64,000 nt of DNA from Paramoeba atlantica (taxonomy: Eukaryota > Protista > Discosea), in NCBI GenBank assembly GCA_977017575.1, contig CDRNVI010000002.1:806001-870000 (forward strand). Direction: 5' to 3'. The notes beneath the pieces were generated by a model. It was not told the origin of the DNA. It was given only the letters and a program-made list of their open reading frames with translations, and did no database searches. Positions 20,210 to 31,435 of the stretch are shown piece after piece (position 1 is the stretch's first letter; each line of letters starts with the position of its first letter). Both the position numbers and the translations under genes were made by a program.

Positions 20210-23200
20210 ATGTTTCCTTCGAGAGAAGCGGGCACCTGCCCACTAATGAAGCTTCGCTGTCAACTATTTGTACTGGATCATGTATACGAGACAGATTTTG
20301 CAGACCAAAAAAGCCATGGAACTACTATACTTAACCGTGTGTCTAGGAAACACGAAATCAGTTCATTGTCCTCTAGCTATCCTGGAAGCGTTTCAGCCCA
20401 ACAGGCTCGAGTTCCGGTGCTCAGGTGTTTCGGAAGAACATTGAAAGGGGAAAGCGTATGCGCTCGAATTCACGGAGTTTTTCCTTACATTATGCTTTAC
20501 TCACCTCTTCAGCACTCGAGAGAGAATGGTTTAGGTGTCTGGGATGACACTCTTCCCCGTAGGTTTAGCTGCACATTGGAAGATGCTATTAGAGAGCAAT
20601 ACCACATGCCACGAAATAGAAACATTATTCATTCCGTATGTCTTGTAAAGGGAATGCCTTGCTATGGTTATCATCCTGATTCTGCTATCTTTTTTAAAGT
20701 GGAATTCTATCACACCGCATACGTAAAGCGTGCGGTAAATGTTTGCACTCAAAGCACAGCTGTCGGTGGTATCAAATGGCTCCCACATGAAGCTCACTTG
20801 AGTTTTGAGTTACAATTCTTAGTTGACTTTGACCTTGGCGGCATGTCATGGCTGGACCTGTCTGATTGTAAATCTGCGCAACACAAAACGACTACAGTTG
20901 AAATTGAAGTAGACGTGGAGTGTAGAAACGTACAACCCGCTGACACAACTGTGACACAAGGTCATCGCTTTCAGTCGGTGTCATCTATGAAGTATGTTAC
21001 GATGGAATTGGAAGAATTCTATAAGAATACTAACGCCACAGATATGTTCTTATCGGAGCTGAAAGAAACTGAATCCGCATATCACACAAACAATACTGAA
21101 GCATCTTTGATATTATGTGACAACAAGAAGAATCCTGTCAATCGTAACATGGAGAACATGTTCGAAGAACTCTATTCAGTTTCACATAAAGAAGCAGAAG
21201 TCGTGCATTCAACTCCTTCATTATCATCAACGGGTGCCTTCAGTGACAAAGAGGCTACACCAGAGCCATTAACTTTGGATCTCATTCGCGAGATCGGGCG
21301 CACCGGATACAGTCCTGAAGCCATATGTTTTTTAGATGATGATAATAATTCAATCAAGCGCAATAGTAGTTCATGCTTAGAGCATTCCTCTACGAGCACC
21401 GAATTTTACAAACAAGAAAGCGAAGATGTTTCTTTAAGCCCACGTGAAAATGTCAATGTACGTCGGGAGCTTGACTTTGAAACTCCACGAAAGGCTCGGA
21501 ACTCAGGTCGTAAAAAGACAAAGGATACATCAGCTCGCCGTCTACAGCATGACATTCTGAACTACAACGCTTTTTCTCAGGCAGAGGCTGCAAGTTATTC
21601 CATCTCGTGCAGTGGTAAAACGCAAGATTCTCTTGATTCTGTTGAAAGATCAGAAAGTTCCATTGAATTGTTCTCAGATCGTCCCACTGTGTCTATCGGT
21701 CATACCAGTGAATCATATTTCCTTCCAAGGAGAAATGGACAGGACGAAGTGAGTCATATCGAAAAGCCTGGTACTCCATTACATAGTCCCATGCGCGCTC
21801 AAGGAGAGTCAGAGGATTTTATTCTTACTCCAAAACGCTGTGTGCGCTTTGACAACTCTTCAAAATCAGCTGGGTTGGGTTCAGTCTCTGAAAAAGAAAC
21901 ATGTTTAAGAACTGACGGCAGTTCAGCCGGACATTACAAGTCTATGCCCAAGTCTATTTGCGGTCCTATGAATGTTGGTGTCCCGAAAAGGTGGAAACGC
22001 GTCGTTTTTCGTACTTCCGCTCCATCTTGGAAATCTGTTGAAAGTACCCCAGATTCCATAAACAATCGGCAAGATCCTTTTCCTAGAAATGCATTGCCTA
22101 CTTCCCTTTCTACTCGATCATCCCAAGCATACAGGGAGTTTCAAGAGATATTCAAAAAACAGACTTATTATCCTGAGCATTATGATGTATCATTGAAGAC
22201 TGAAATTAATTTGACCATATCTGCAAGAAATTTGTCCCCCAGCTGGGCAGAAATCAAGTCCTCCTATGACACCTGTTCCAGAAGTGCAGAAATGGCTATC
22301 CGAGATAGAATACGAACACCAAGTGGAGAAAAGGGAATATATACAGCAATTTCTGGGATAAAAAATGTGCGCAGCCCTGAGGCTTTTCGGTTGGAAAATT
22401 CACGTAGGCATCTTGTTCAATTACGCTGCCTTTATTTCGAGATTATGATAGGCGCACGAGGTGTCTTACGTGCTGCATGTCTAATCTTTTATAACGCTCA
22501 ATCGGAGAATATTACCGACTCCGAGATGCATATAATTGGTGCTGGGGCCCGAAGGTTGCGCACGAAAGGCCAATCACAGTGTCACGTGTGCTGCATTTAT
22601 CACCATACAGAATTTTTACTTCTGCGTGCCGTGGAGAAAAAGTTGGTCAATAGTGACCCCGACCTCATTGCAGGGTGGGAAATACAAAAACGAAGTTTAG
22701 GATACTTTATATCAAGATATAAACATGTCATCGGGAGTGAACCTGTACTCGGAAGATCGATTAGTAATATTACTGATAAAGATGCGGGTTCAGCTGCACC
22801 GGATTCAAGGCCAAAATCTAAGGAAATCAAATCAGACGATGACCAGAGTGACATAAACCAAATTGATAGAGATGAAAACCGAAAGAAACATAGAGAACAT
22901 GAAAATTTTCTGTCCGTTTTCGGTTCTGTTTTGAATGCAGCCGAGAAAGATGAGTCAAGTGTGTCGTTGGAACACGTATCAGCAGACACGTATAAATCTT
23001 CGCGAACTCTACATTTACATGGAAGAATACTAATAAACTTATGGAAAGTCTACCGGAGCGAACAGAAATCCAAATCATACACACTTCAAAACGCAGCATG
23101 GCATTTACTGCGTCGTAGACTTCCTGAACATTCAGACCTAAGTTTGGAGCAATACCTAACTAATGGATCTGTTTCCCAATCCTACTATGCTCTACATCGC

Positions 23201-25381
23201 CTTTGGGACTACACAATGTGCAGTCTTGAAGTTTGTTTGAAGCTAGATTTCCTTGTTCGCACCGCTGAAATGGCTAGAATCTACGGTATACAATTCTTTG
23301 AAGTCCTCTCCAGAGGATCTCAGTTTCGTGTGGAATCTATCCTGTTGCGAATAGCCCGGCGTCAAAACTATGTCGTGCTTTCACCATCAACAGAAGAAGT
23401 AGCCAGGCAAAACGATCAAGAGGCGGTACCCTTGGTAATGGAACCTGCCAGTGGATATTACCGCGACCCCGTTCTTGTGCTAGACTTTCGGTCCCTGTAC
23501 CCTTCCATAATAATCGCATATAATTTGTGTTACACTACTTGCCTTGGAAAATTATCCCGATTGGAAAGTAAAAAATTGGGAGTTTTATCAGGATATCAGA
23601 CTCCTGTTGATGTTGTTAGATCTATCAAATCTCACATTAGGATTGCACCCAACACTACGATGTTTGTCAGTGAGGACCTTCGTAAAGGCATTATTCCAAC
23701 AGCACTGCGTTCAATACTGGGTACAAGACAGCTTGTCATCAAGGCAAGAAAAAAAGCTGAAGCTGAGAGCGATCTCATAGGCAGCCGGGTTCTTGAAGCA
23801 CGTCAACTGGCTCTCAAGCTGCTAGCAAATGTTATTTATGGATATACGGCCGCGACATGGACAGGGAGGATGCCGTGTTCGGACCTCGCCGACGCAATTG
23901 TGCTACTTGCGAGAAACGTGTTGGAACAAACTATTCACAGTGTGAACCAGAATGCGGAATGGGGAGCTTCCGTTGTGAGCGGGGACACGGATTCACTGTT
24001 CGTACATATAAAAGGGGCAACCCTACCTCGAGCTTTTCAAGTTGCGCACGAAATAATAGACTTTGTGCAGAATCGCTTTCCTTCTCCAATTGCGTTAAAG
24101 CTGGAGAAGGTGTATCTGCCATGTGTCTTGGTCGCTAAGAAGCGTTACGCCGGATATGCTTACGAATCACTTTCAAGCACTCCGAAACTGGATGTTAAAG
24201 GTTTGGAATGCATTCGTCGTGATCAAACCGATGCGACAGCGAATATGCTGACTAAAATGTTGCATCTTCTTTTCGAAAATTCGGATATTCAAGCTTTGGA
24301 AAGTTACTTTACTAGACAATGCGAAAAACTTTTAAGTGGAAGCGTGACACCTTGTGATTTGATTCTACGTCAAGAAGTTAAGTTTGGTACCTACCAAGCA
24401 GCCAATTTGCCTCCTGCAGCCGAAATTGCCGTACAAGAAGTGAAGAAAGGAGAAGGAGTTCCAATGTACGGAGAACGGGTGCCATATCTAATTACTCACA
24501 CCGCGCAGTTTGCCAAACGACTCCGTGACATGTTGGTACATCCGCGCGTATATTTTTCTAGTATAATCAGCAAACCTGATTCCGGACAATTTTTTAGTAT
24601 CAATATGTTTGACAATCCAGAGACGCAACGACCACCGAATATTCATGTAGAATACTATCTGGATAGACAAATCGTACCTGCACTGCAACGCGTTTTTGGC
24701 CTAATCAACGTGCACCTTGGCGAATGGCTCTCTAGAGTGCGAAGGTCAGTTTCTTCTATCCCTTCTATGAAAGCTACTCGTGACACATTAGATGGTTTTT
24801 TGCGGCAAGCGAATTGTGTTTCGTGTTCAAAACCGGCCGGTTCTACGGCAGTACCAATACGGACTGAAGAATTTCCCAAGCGAAGTAAAAAAGTGGTGGC
24901 CAAAAAAGCAAATGAGAAAATTGTGAATGAATCCAATGCCTTATGTCAACAATGCTTTCAGGATTCTCAGACGACTCTACTAGGCCTCCGTATGCGCCTC
25001 AACGCAGTGCAGAAGAGACTTCACAATCAATACATCATTTGCCACCGTTGTACAGGGGAAGTCGGGGGACCAGACGAAGTCTCGACGTGTGTGAACACTG
25101 AATGTCCAATATCATTTGAGCGTGTTAAATTGCAAGGAAGGTTAAGTTATCTTCATGAAACTGTTATAGATATAGAGGATCTGTTTAATCCTATAAGATT
25201 GAACAACTCTGATGAAACTCATTCAAACTTTAAGGTCGATGCGTTCTATAGAAAACCTTTTAATAAATTGTCCAACCGGGAGCCCTGCGAAACACTTAGC
25301 TCAGTCGAATCCTCAGAGTACATTGATCTTCTTACCCCGCGAGCCTCATCTCGAGATATAAACGAGATTTATGTCGAATAA
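20210..25381 (+). CDS. REV3: DNA polymerase zeta catalytic subunit
   Basis: ARIHGVFPY, PHEAHLSFELQFLVDFDL, VLSRGSQFRVES, VLDFRSLYPSIIIAYNLCYTT, LKLLANVIYGYTAA, SGDTDSLFV; C-terminal CysA/CysB clusters. Confidence 0.95.
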   Translation: MFPSREAGTCPLMKLRCQLFVLDHVYETDFADQKSHGTTILNRVSRKHEISSLSSSYPGSVSAQQARVPVLRCFGRTLKGESVCARIHGVFPYIMLYSPLQHSRENGLGVWDDTLPRRFSCTLEDAIREQYHMPRNRNIIHSVCLVKGMPCYGYHPDSAIFFKVEFYHTAYVKRAVNVCTQSTAVGGIKWLPHEAHLSFELQFLVDFDLGGMSWLDLSDCKSAQHKTTTVEIEVDVECRNVQPADTTVTQGHRFQSVSSMKYVTMELEEFYKNTNATDMFLSELKETESAYHTNNTEASLILCDNKKNPVNRNMENMFEELYSVSHKEAEVVHSTPSLSSTGAFSDKEATPEPLTLDLIREIGRTGYSPEAICFLDDDNNSIKRNSSSCLEHSSTSTEFYKQESEDVSLSPRENVNVRRELDFETPRKARNSGRKKTKDTSARRLQHDILNYNAFSQAEAASYSISCSGKTQDSLDSVERSESSIELFSDRPTVSIGHTSESYFLPRRNGQDEVSHIEKPGTPLHSPMRAQGESEDFILTPKRCVRFDNSSKSAGLGSVSEKETCLRTDGSSAGHYKSMPKSICGPMNVGVPKRWKRVVFRTSAPSWKSVESTPDSINNRQDPFPRNALPTSLSTRSSQAYREFQEIFKKQTYYPEHYDVSLKTEINLTISARNLSPSWAEIKSSYDTCSRSAEMAIRDRIRTPSGEKGIYTAISGIKNVRSPEAFRLENSRRHLVQLRCLYFEIMIGARGVLRAACLIFYNAQSENITDSEMHIIGAGARRLRTKGQSQCHVCCIYHHTEFLLLRAVEKKLVNSDPDLIAGWEIQKRSLGYFISRYKHVIGSEPVLGRSISNITDKDAGSAAPDSRPKSKEIKSDDDQSDINQIDRDENRKKHREHENFLSVFGSVLNAAEKDESSVSLEHVSADTYKSSRTLHLHGRILINLWKVYRSEQKSKSYTLQNAAWHLLRRRLPEHSDLSLEQYLTNGSVSQSYYALHRLWDYTMCSLEVCLKLDFLVRTAEMARIYGIQFFEVLSRGSQFRVESILLRIARRQNYVVLSPSTEEVARQNDQEAVPLVMEPASGYYRDPVLVLDFRSLYPSIIIAYNLCYTTCLGKLSRLESKKLGVLSGYQTPVDVVRSIKSHIRIAPNTTMFVSEDLRKGIIPTALRSILGTRQLVIKARKKAEAESDLIGSRVLEARQLALKLLANVIYGYTAATWTGRMPCSDLADAIVLLARNVLEQTIHSVNQNAEWGASVVSGDTDSLFVHIKGATLPRAFQVAHEIIDFVQNRFPSPIALKLEKVYLPCVLVAKKRYAGYAYESLSSTPKLDVKGLECIRRDQTDATANMLTKMLHLLFENSDIQALESYFTRQCEKLLSGSVTPCDLILRQEVKFGTYQAANLPPAAEIAVQEVKKGEGVPMYGERVPYLITHTAQFAKRLRDMLVHPRVYFSSIISKPDSGQFFSINMFDNPETQRPPNIHVEYYLDRQIVPALQRVFGLINVHLGEWLSRVRRSVSSIPSMKATRDTLDGFLRQANCVSCSKPAGSTAVPIRTEEFPKRSKKVVAKKANEKIVNESNALCQQCFQDSQTTLLGLRMRLNAVQKRLHNQYIICHRCTGEVGGPDEVSTCVNTECPISFERVKLQGRLSYLHETVIDIEDLFNPIRLNNSDETHSNFKVDAFYRKPFNKLSNREPCETLSSVESSEYIDLLTPRASSRDINEIYVE

Positions 25382-25861
25382 ACATTTTGGTTGAATACCT
25401 TTGTTTGACCTTACAGTAAGGGTAATAGGCGGCTTCGGAGCAGTTTTGCTGCAGCCTTGGTAACATTTGTTGCTAATCGAGGATGTTGTGATGGTTGCGC
25501 AACCACTATCAATAGCAACATAAAAGCCAAGTAGAGTGTATTCCCGGTCAATGTCCATTATTCCTATCAATGTCCATTATTCCCACCGTGATTGGCACTT
25601 CATCCGGATTAGTTTCAAATTATTCTTTGTTGAACGACGCACTGCAGTTTTGATGTGATTCGTGTCCACACCCATCTGCAATTCTTCGAATACACATCAA
25701 GTACTTTCCCTGTACAATAAGGACGCTTAAAAGCAGAATTTCATCTCTCATCATAGCGATTCGTGTTGAGCACACTTTCACGTGTTTTTACTGTCATTTT
25801 ATTCTTCGTTTTCTATTTTCTCAACTTGTATATTACATGTCCTGATCCTCCCGTGCTTCAG

Positions 25862-26638
25862 ATGGCACCTCACCGTCCTCACCTAACCTCCTTCTACCTC
25901 CCTCTCACCCTCCTCACCTGCCTTGTGCTGTGTGTCGAAGCCCTCACCGTCCGCACCTTCTTCCCCGGCTCCCTCTCCTCCCCCACTCTCCTCCTCTTCT
26001 TCCTCACCACCTTTGCCACCGTGGTCCTCCTCCTCCTCTTCGGGGTTTTCACCCCACGAAAAGACATCTTCCACACGTTAGCCCAACACGACATGGACCA
26101 CACCAATACACATAGGCCTGGTTTCTCGAACGTTGCGGAGGATCCCGGCATGTTGGACCCCGATAGCGTCCCCCCCGCCCCTCCCACGGTGGCCGATCGG
26201 GTCCCCGGCGCCACCTACTCCTGTGAGCGCTACACCCGGGACGCTCTCGCGGAGCTCCTCGGGTCCCAGCCCTACCGCCGCTGGCTGGAGCGCTCCATCC
26301 TCCAGGCCAACGTGCAGCGCACGGTGGCGGGACTCCGACACGCCCTGGTGCGTACCCTCCTGGGGTGCGTGCTCTCGGCCTGGGTGATCCGCGAGGGGGT
26401 GGGGAGGGGAGGGGGGGCGGTGGGGGTGGAGGCCGTGGCAGCGTTACTCACGGCGTTTCTGGTGGCGCTGCCCCCCCGGGAGGGGGTGGTGGCGGGGTGT
26501 GTGGTGGCGGCGAGCGGGGTGTGTTATCTAAGTGAGGGGGAGGAGGCGAGCTCGCTGCCGATTGTGACCTGTACCACCGTTATATTGCGTATATTGGCGG
26601 AGGAGACCTTGGGTGGGTGGAGTTCGTGTGTCGTTTAA
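25862..26638 (+). CDS. Hypothetical multi-pass membrane protein
   Basis: Hydrophobic segments at both ends; first in-frame ATG at 25862; C-rich 5' half and G-rich 3' half. Confidence 0.55.
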   Translation: MAPHRPHLTSFYLPLTLLTCLVLCVEALTVRTFFPGSLSSPTLLLFFLTTFATVVLLLLFGVFTPRKDIFHTLAQHDMDHTNTHRPGFSNVAEDPGMLDPDSVPPAPPTVADRVPGATYSCERYTRDALAELLGSQPYRRWLERSILQANVQRTVAGLRHALVRTLLGCVLSAWVIREGVGRGGGAVGVEAVAALLTAFLVALPPREGVVAGCVVAASGVCYLSEGEEASSLPIVTCTTVILRILAEETLGGWSSCVV

Positions 26639-26903
26639 GGGCGTGTGTTTAATTAGGGTGGGGACGGGATGGTTGACCTGGTTTGAAGTGCGGGTTTGTC
26701 ATTCTGTTCTTTTGAAAGGGATAGTACGGAGCTCATAAGAATTTTCTTTTTTAAAATAGGTACGATATACGCTCTTACGATAGCCACAAACAATCTTTTT
26801 TAAGTAATCTTTTTTTCCTGTCGGCAATACTTTTTCCCGAATGTCAAGCCTTCGAAAGGCATGCTCATGCGATTTTTCACCTTTTTGAAGGAACTGTTGC
26901 CTG

Positions 26904-27914
26904 ATGAGTTCTTCATTTGAACTTTCGCACATCTTTGTATTGGATTGCGGGCGTCAACCACTACGTCGCCTACAGGGACCGAGTGAAAATACACGAAGGA
27001 CATCCGACGGGAAAGACAATCTCTTCGTTGAATCGCCGACAAACAGTAAGGTGCTCTACGTTGCACCAAAGGTAAGTCGTCGTATGGATTTGACTTATCC
27101 TACTATCTTTACTTCCGGCGAAGAATTTGTTCCGGTGGAACAGTGGTTGGGTGAGACTCTTAAGGGTGTGACTAGTTTTCAGCTTCTCCGACGAATTTTC
27201 ATGCCCTCTGAGACCGTAATAGTTGTATGTCAGAGTCAAATACACGCCTCACGCGCTATAAACCGAATTCGGCGACACCGTCCTGTTGGTTTGCAAGCTG
27301 TACTAAACTCAGAGAATGAGTGCAACAATCAAAGTGGTGGGAATTCGAATGATCAAAATGCTGAACCGTGGCGCCGTTCCGATCATCTCGAAATGACACC
27401 ACTTACTTTCGACAGACTTGAGATACTCTGTATGTCAGCGCCGCAGTCCATCCATGGATTGATCGCGGAGCTTTCGGAAATGTCCCGCAATATTCTTCGC
27501 AGGCCCTCCGTGGTGAATACCAAAGTGTTTCACAGAATGGTGACCACTGTAGTGCGTGGCAATGTTAGAAAAGACCTTTTCCAAGCGCGTGTGAGTACAG
27601 GCGCGCCGAAATCGAGTTTGCAAGGAAACCCAAATGGGAGTACATCCATTGTGAAGAGTGATTTGCATGTATCTGACGTCATTGAGAGTAAAGAACAGAC
27701 AAATCAAACAAGTAATACTGCAACAGATGCCTTGCAATCGTCAGCGCCAGTACACGATGCTCCCTGCTCACTCTCTCTGCTTCGTTCAGTGAGATCGAGA
27801 AGTGCTCCGCATGTGTCAAGCACCAAAATAAAGAAGCACAACATTGTGCGTTCACGTTCACTCTCACCCTGCGGGTCGACAACCACACATAAGACTTGTG
27901 ACCATCTAGTCTAG
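26904..27914 (+). CDS. Hypothetical protein (336 aa)
   Basis: Long ATG ORF on the coding strand; no motif recognised. Confidence 0.55.
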   Translation: MSSSFELSHIFVLDCGRQPLRRLQGPSENTRRTSDGKDNLFVESPTNSKVLYVAPKVSRRMDLTYPTIFTSGEEFVPVEQWLGETLKGVTSFQLLRRIFMPSETVIVVCQSQIHASRAINRIRRHRPVGLQAVLNSENECNNQSGGNSNDQNAEPWRRSDHLEMTPLTFDRLEILCMSAPQSIHGLIAELSEMSRNILRRPSVVNTKVFHRMVTTVVRGNVRKDLFQARVSTGAPKSSLQGNPNGSTSIVKSDLHVSDVIESKEQTNQTSNTATDALQSSAPVHDAPCSLSLLRSVRSRSAPHVSSTKIKKHNIVRSRSLSPCGSTTTHKTCDHLV

Positions 27915-28403
27915 ATGCACGTTTTGCTTTTTTCTGTGGTAGCAAAACAGGCCTATGCGCCTCTACCCTTAGGAACAATAAGTTCCATAAAAATTGTAGT
28001 ACTTGATCTGATTTACTCTGTTCATTTCAGAAGATGCTGAGAAGATGTTCCAGTGACGGAGCGCTCCTCACGTTCGTCAAGCGCTGCATATTAAATCTCC
28101 TAGGGATTTTGGAAAGTCTTTCCTTTTCCGCTCCGTTGGTTTCAAGCTTCCGATTCCGTTGGTTCAAGCTTTCCCACTCCTCGTTTGTTTTACTGCAGGC
28201 GTCGAAAAATACTCCACTTACTAACTCTATTGCAGCTTCAGATGCGGTCATACTATCATACCGTTTAGGCAAACGTACCTTTCAATTATCCACTTATCTG
28301 CTGTAGTGCTCTTAACCTTACTGTATATAGAGAATGTCGCGCGAATAAAGGAAGCTGTCAAGTAATTTCGACTCTTTCTGTGATTTATAATTCTACCAAT
28401 AAC

Positions 28404-28982
28404 ATGGCCGATTATGTGCGTCCCGCTAAAGTCCATGGAAGTGCGTTGCCTCAGGAGTACTTATTAGAAAAAATACTGCAAGACGTGAAGGTAGTACCAC
28501 TCAAAATACCAGTAAGAAACACTTTTTGTTGGAGTACCGAGACACCTGCGTGTAAATGGCGTGGTGTGACTTGTGACGCACAGGGTATAGTGACAAAAAT
28601 CTACTGGGGCTGCTGTAACTTAAACGGTGAATTGCACTGGGAGTTCTTGCCTAAAACGCTCATTACATTCAACGCGCGTTCTAATGAGCTCCGCGGTATC
28701 GTAGAGCTCATCGATCTGCCTCCTGGATTAGAAAGCTTCAGTGCCTCTTATAACTTACATGGAGGAACGCCTGATTTACGTGAACTGCCTCTCACCATGA
28801 AGGAATTGTGGCTAGAATACAACTGCTTTGAGGGGCGAGTGGATCTGGGCGCCCTTCCCAAATCTATGAAGGCTTTACATCTTGAAGGAAATCAAGATCT
28901 GAGTGGTCAAATTGATGCCTCAAAACTTCCTCCAAAACTGTATTACAACATACGTAGCACGAATATTACGATGTTGCATTGA
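28404..28982 (+). CDS. Small LRR protein (family member 2)
   Basis: RPAKVHGSALPQEY N-motif, TPACKWRGVTC cap, LP..L..L LRRs. Confidence 0.8.
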   Translation: MADYVRPAKVHGSALPQEYLLEKILQDVKVVPLKIPVRNTFCWSTETPACKWRGVTCDAQGIVTKIYWGCCNLNGELHWEFLPKTLITFNARSNELRGIVELIDLPPGLESFSASYNLHGGTPDLRELPLTMKELWLEYNCFEGRVDLGALPKSMKALHLEGNQDLSGQIDASKLPPKLYYNIRSTNITMLH

Positions 28983-29100
28983 GACAACGACGCAGTGCAT
29001 TATTGTTAAATCATACATTACATTCAATAAATACGAATTCAATGTGCATAGATTGTATATGAATACAATATGTATTGGTCTTCAAAAATCTTTTTTGAAA

Positions 29101-29143
29101 ATTCTATTTATGCCGCCATTTTAAATGGCGGCATAAATAGAAT
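29101..29143. repeat. Perfect 43-bp palindrome (21-bp arms, 1-nt centre)
   Basis: ATTCTATTTATGCCGCCATTT-T-AAATGGCGGCATAAATAGAAT. Confidence 0.9.
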
Positions 29144-29296
29144 AATAAATTAGAATAACTTGAATGTAGCGAGGTCAAAGCACTCTCCTCCGAGGATCCG
29201 GATCTTCCCTAATTTCATACATTGGTTTTGTTTTTTGCGCTAACAGTCCTTTACAAGTGTTTTTATAAGGAAATTCTGTTGCGTTCAAGATTTTTT

Positions 29297-30379
29297 ATGA
29301 GTGCACTTGAAAACGTCCGCGAATCGCTTCTTTTTGCATTTTGTCGTATCAAACACTCTGACGGCGCTCACATAAAATCTATGGTAGAAACAACCTTACA
29401 ATGGGTAAGAGAAGCACGTCTTTTGATGCCGGATATCGTCACCGGGATGTCGCTTCACCTACAAGGGGTCGAACACCTGCAAGGGAACGATGATTATAAA
29501 GTGGAGTCCATTCTAACAGTCTCGTATTTTTTGGATTGCCTTATTTCCAAGCTTGGTGAAGACTCTGATCAAGCGTCATTAGAAAACCTATGTTACTACC
29601 TCGACAAAGCTGGCTTAGTAACCTTACTTCTAAATACGTCTCAAAAGCTTCCGGAAGGCCAACGGAAGCAAATGGAGCGCTTGGTTTCACATTGGAAACT
29701 ATGTTCCGCACTTAGACCGGAAAATAAAGATTTTAATTCGTCTGTGAATGATCTATTTCTGGGGCTTTCCGCTCAATTGTCGGACGATGCGCTTCAGAGT
29801 CGAACAGAAGTGTTACAAAATATTTATAACGCACTTACCAATGTATCGGAATGGAGACTACAACAGGTATTACATCTACTCCCATCCTACCTTGGTGAAA
29901 TACACACGCGAGCGGGTTTCGAAAGGCTGAAAACATTACACAATATCTTGAAACAAGAAAATGAGTCCGGTCGTACGTCTGACTCCGCGCAAACAATTGC
30001 ACACTACATCGAGGCCTATCAACCTCATAAATCAACTTCACATCGACTCAGGCTCCTTGCGAATCACCACAAATATGGTTCGGCTGCAAAAAGAACAACT
30101 AGAAGAGATGGACCCATAGTTGTTGAGCCGTTCGTTTCTCCGCCGTCGCGTTTGGAGATGCCATCTCTTATGTCCTTTCAATACCATCCGCCCCGTGCCG
30201 ACACACTTCACATTCCAACTGCTAGCGACGTGATGTCATACGCATTTTCTTCAATGGAGCGTTTCGATTCCAAGTGCGTCTACAGGCGGCCATGGCTTCC
30301 TTCCACAAAAGAGTGGTTTAACGTGCGTGATAATCGTAGCACTGTTGTGTCAAGCAGTAGAAAAATGGACGACTTTTAA
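29297..30379 (+). CDS. Hypothetical protein; possible CID-domain (PCF11-like) protein
   Basis: N-terminal helical domain with SYFLDCLIS and QRKQMERLVSHWK resembling CID helices; C-terminal RRPWLPSTKEWF. Confidence 0.5.
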   Translation: MSALENVRESLLFAFCRIKHSDGAHIKSMVETTLQWVREARLLMPDIVTGMSLHLQGVEHLQGNDDYKVESILTVSYFLDCLISKLGEDSDQASLENLCYYLDKAGLVTLLLNTSQKLPEGQRKQMERLVSHWKLCSALRPENKDFNSSVNDLFLGLSAQLSDDALQSRTEVLQNIYNALTNVSEWRLQQVLHLLPSYLGEIHTRAGFERLKTLHNILKQENESGRTSDSAQTIAHYIEAYQPHKSTSHRLRLLANHHKYGSAAKRTTRRDGPIVVEPFVSPPSRLEMPSLMSFQYHPPRADTLHIPTASDVMSYAFSSMERFDSKCVYRRPWLPSTKEWFNVRDNRSTVVSSSRKMDDF

Positions 30380-30602
30380 CAATGTGAGATACCGTATCTC
30401 AACGTTTGATCAACAAGGAAATGAAAGGGTGAAATTCACTTCGAATTGGCAACGGTTTGTCTACAGAACAATATTTCGAAAAGAGTATCTCGTCCATTAT
30501 GCCAATCTTATGTCGTGCGCTTCGCAATTTGGAACATTGAAATTTTAGAAATATTCTATTTTAAACGCTTTAGCAAATGGGAGAACGGTAAAGAGTCACT
30601 TT

Positions 30603-31172
30603 ATGAGTAAAGCATACAGCAAGGTAGCAGTTCGCCGGAAAAGAAAACCCGTTTGTTCGTTACACCATCTTGGATATGGTTCTTGGTTTGCGCTCTTAGT
30701 GTTCATCGTTTCTTGGGGTTTGTTCGTGCCCAGTGAATTGCAGTTCGGTTCACTTTTTCTCTCGTGTGGTTTCAGTGTTATCGAATGGCTTTACTACAGA
30801 CACAGTAGTGAACGCTCTGACGGCACGGTATCGCTCTCTCTTCAACCTGTGCGCGGAGGCCACACCACCGTTGAGCAGTGGCTAATGAATCTGCTCTTTA
30901 TTCCTGTTTTTGTTTTTGGCTATCGCGCGTGCATCAAAGGAACTCTTCTTCGTTGCCTTCTGTCTCCATTGAATATTTGGATGCTGGAAATTGTTGAAGG
31001 AAGTGTTCTAGGGTCTTTATACGGGTATAACCCTGCATGGGATTACTCAGGTCAACCAGGCAGTGCATTCCGAGGTCTTATCCAATTATCCTATTGGAAA
31101 CTCTGGATGGGTCTTCAAATCCTTATTGAATTGACGCTTCTTGTGTTCATAAACTCCAAGTCTGGGGTGTAG
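30603..31172 (+). CDS. Membrane protein, TMEM229-like
   Basis: Several TM helices; NIWMLEIVEG..L..AWDYS resembles the TMEM229/CmpB family motif. Confidence 0.5.
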   Translation: MSKAYSKVAVRRKRKPVCSLHHLGYGSWFALLVFIVSWGLFVPSELQFGSLFLSCGFSVIEWLYYRHSSERSDGTVSLSLQPVRGGHTTVEQWLMNLLFIPVFVFGYRACIKGTLLRCLLSPLNIWMLEIVEGSVLGSLYGYNPAWDYSGQPGSAFRGLIQLSYWKLWMGLQILIELTLLVFINSKSGV

Positions 31173-31435
31173 AAAAGCAAAGTGAAGCACACTTGTGGGA
31201 GCAACTCGTTATTGTGTATATGCACACTGTACATTTCTTTTGGCAGGTGGGTTGGGTTCTGTATATCACCACCCTCTAGCCTAGAATGTGGGCGGTATCT
31301 AGACTAGATACTCATGCACGGCACTATTGATATAAAAAAAACAACACAAAACCGTTCCAAAGCTTTCTTTCTCCTTCCTCCTTTTTTCCTTTTCCTTTTC
31401 TTCCTCTCTCCCTCACCACCACCCCCTTCACCACC

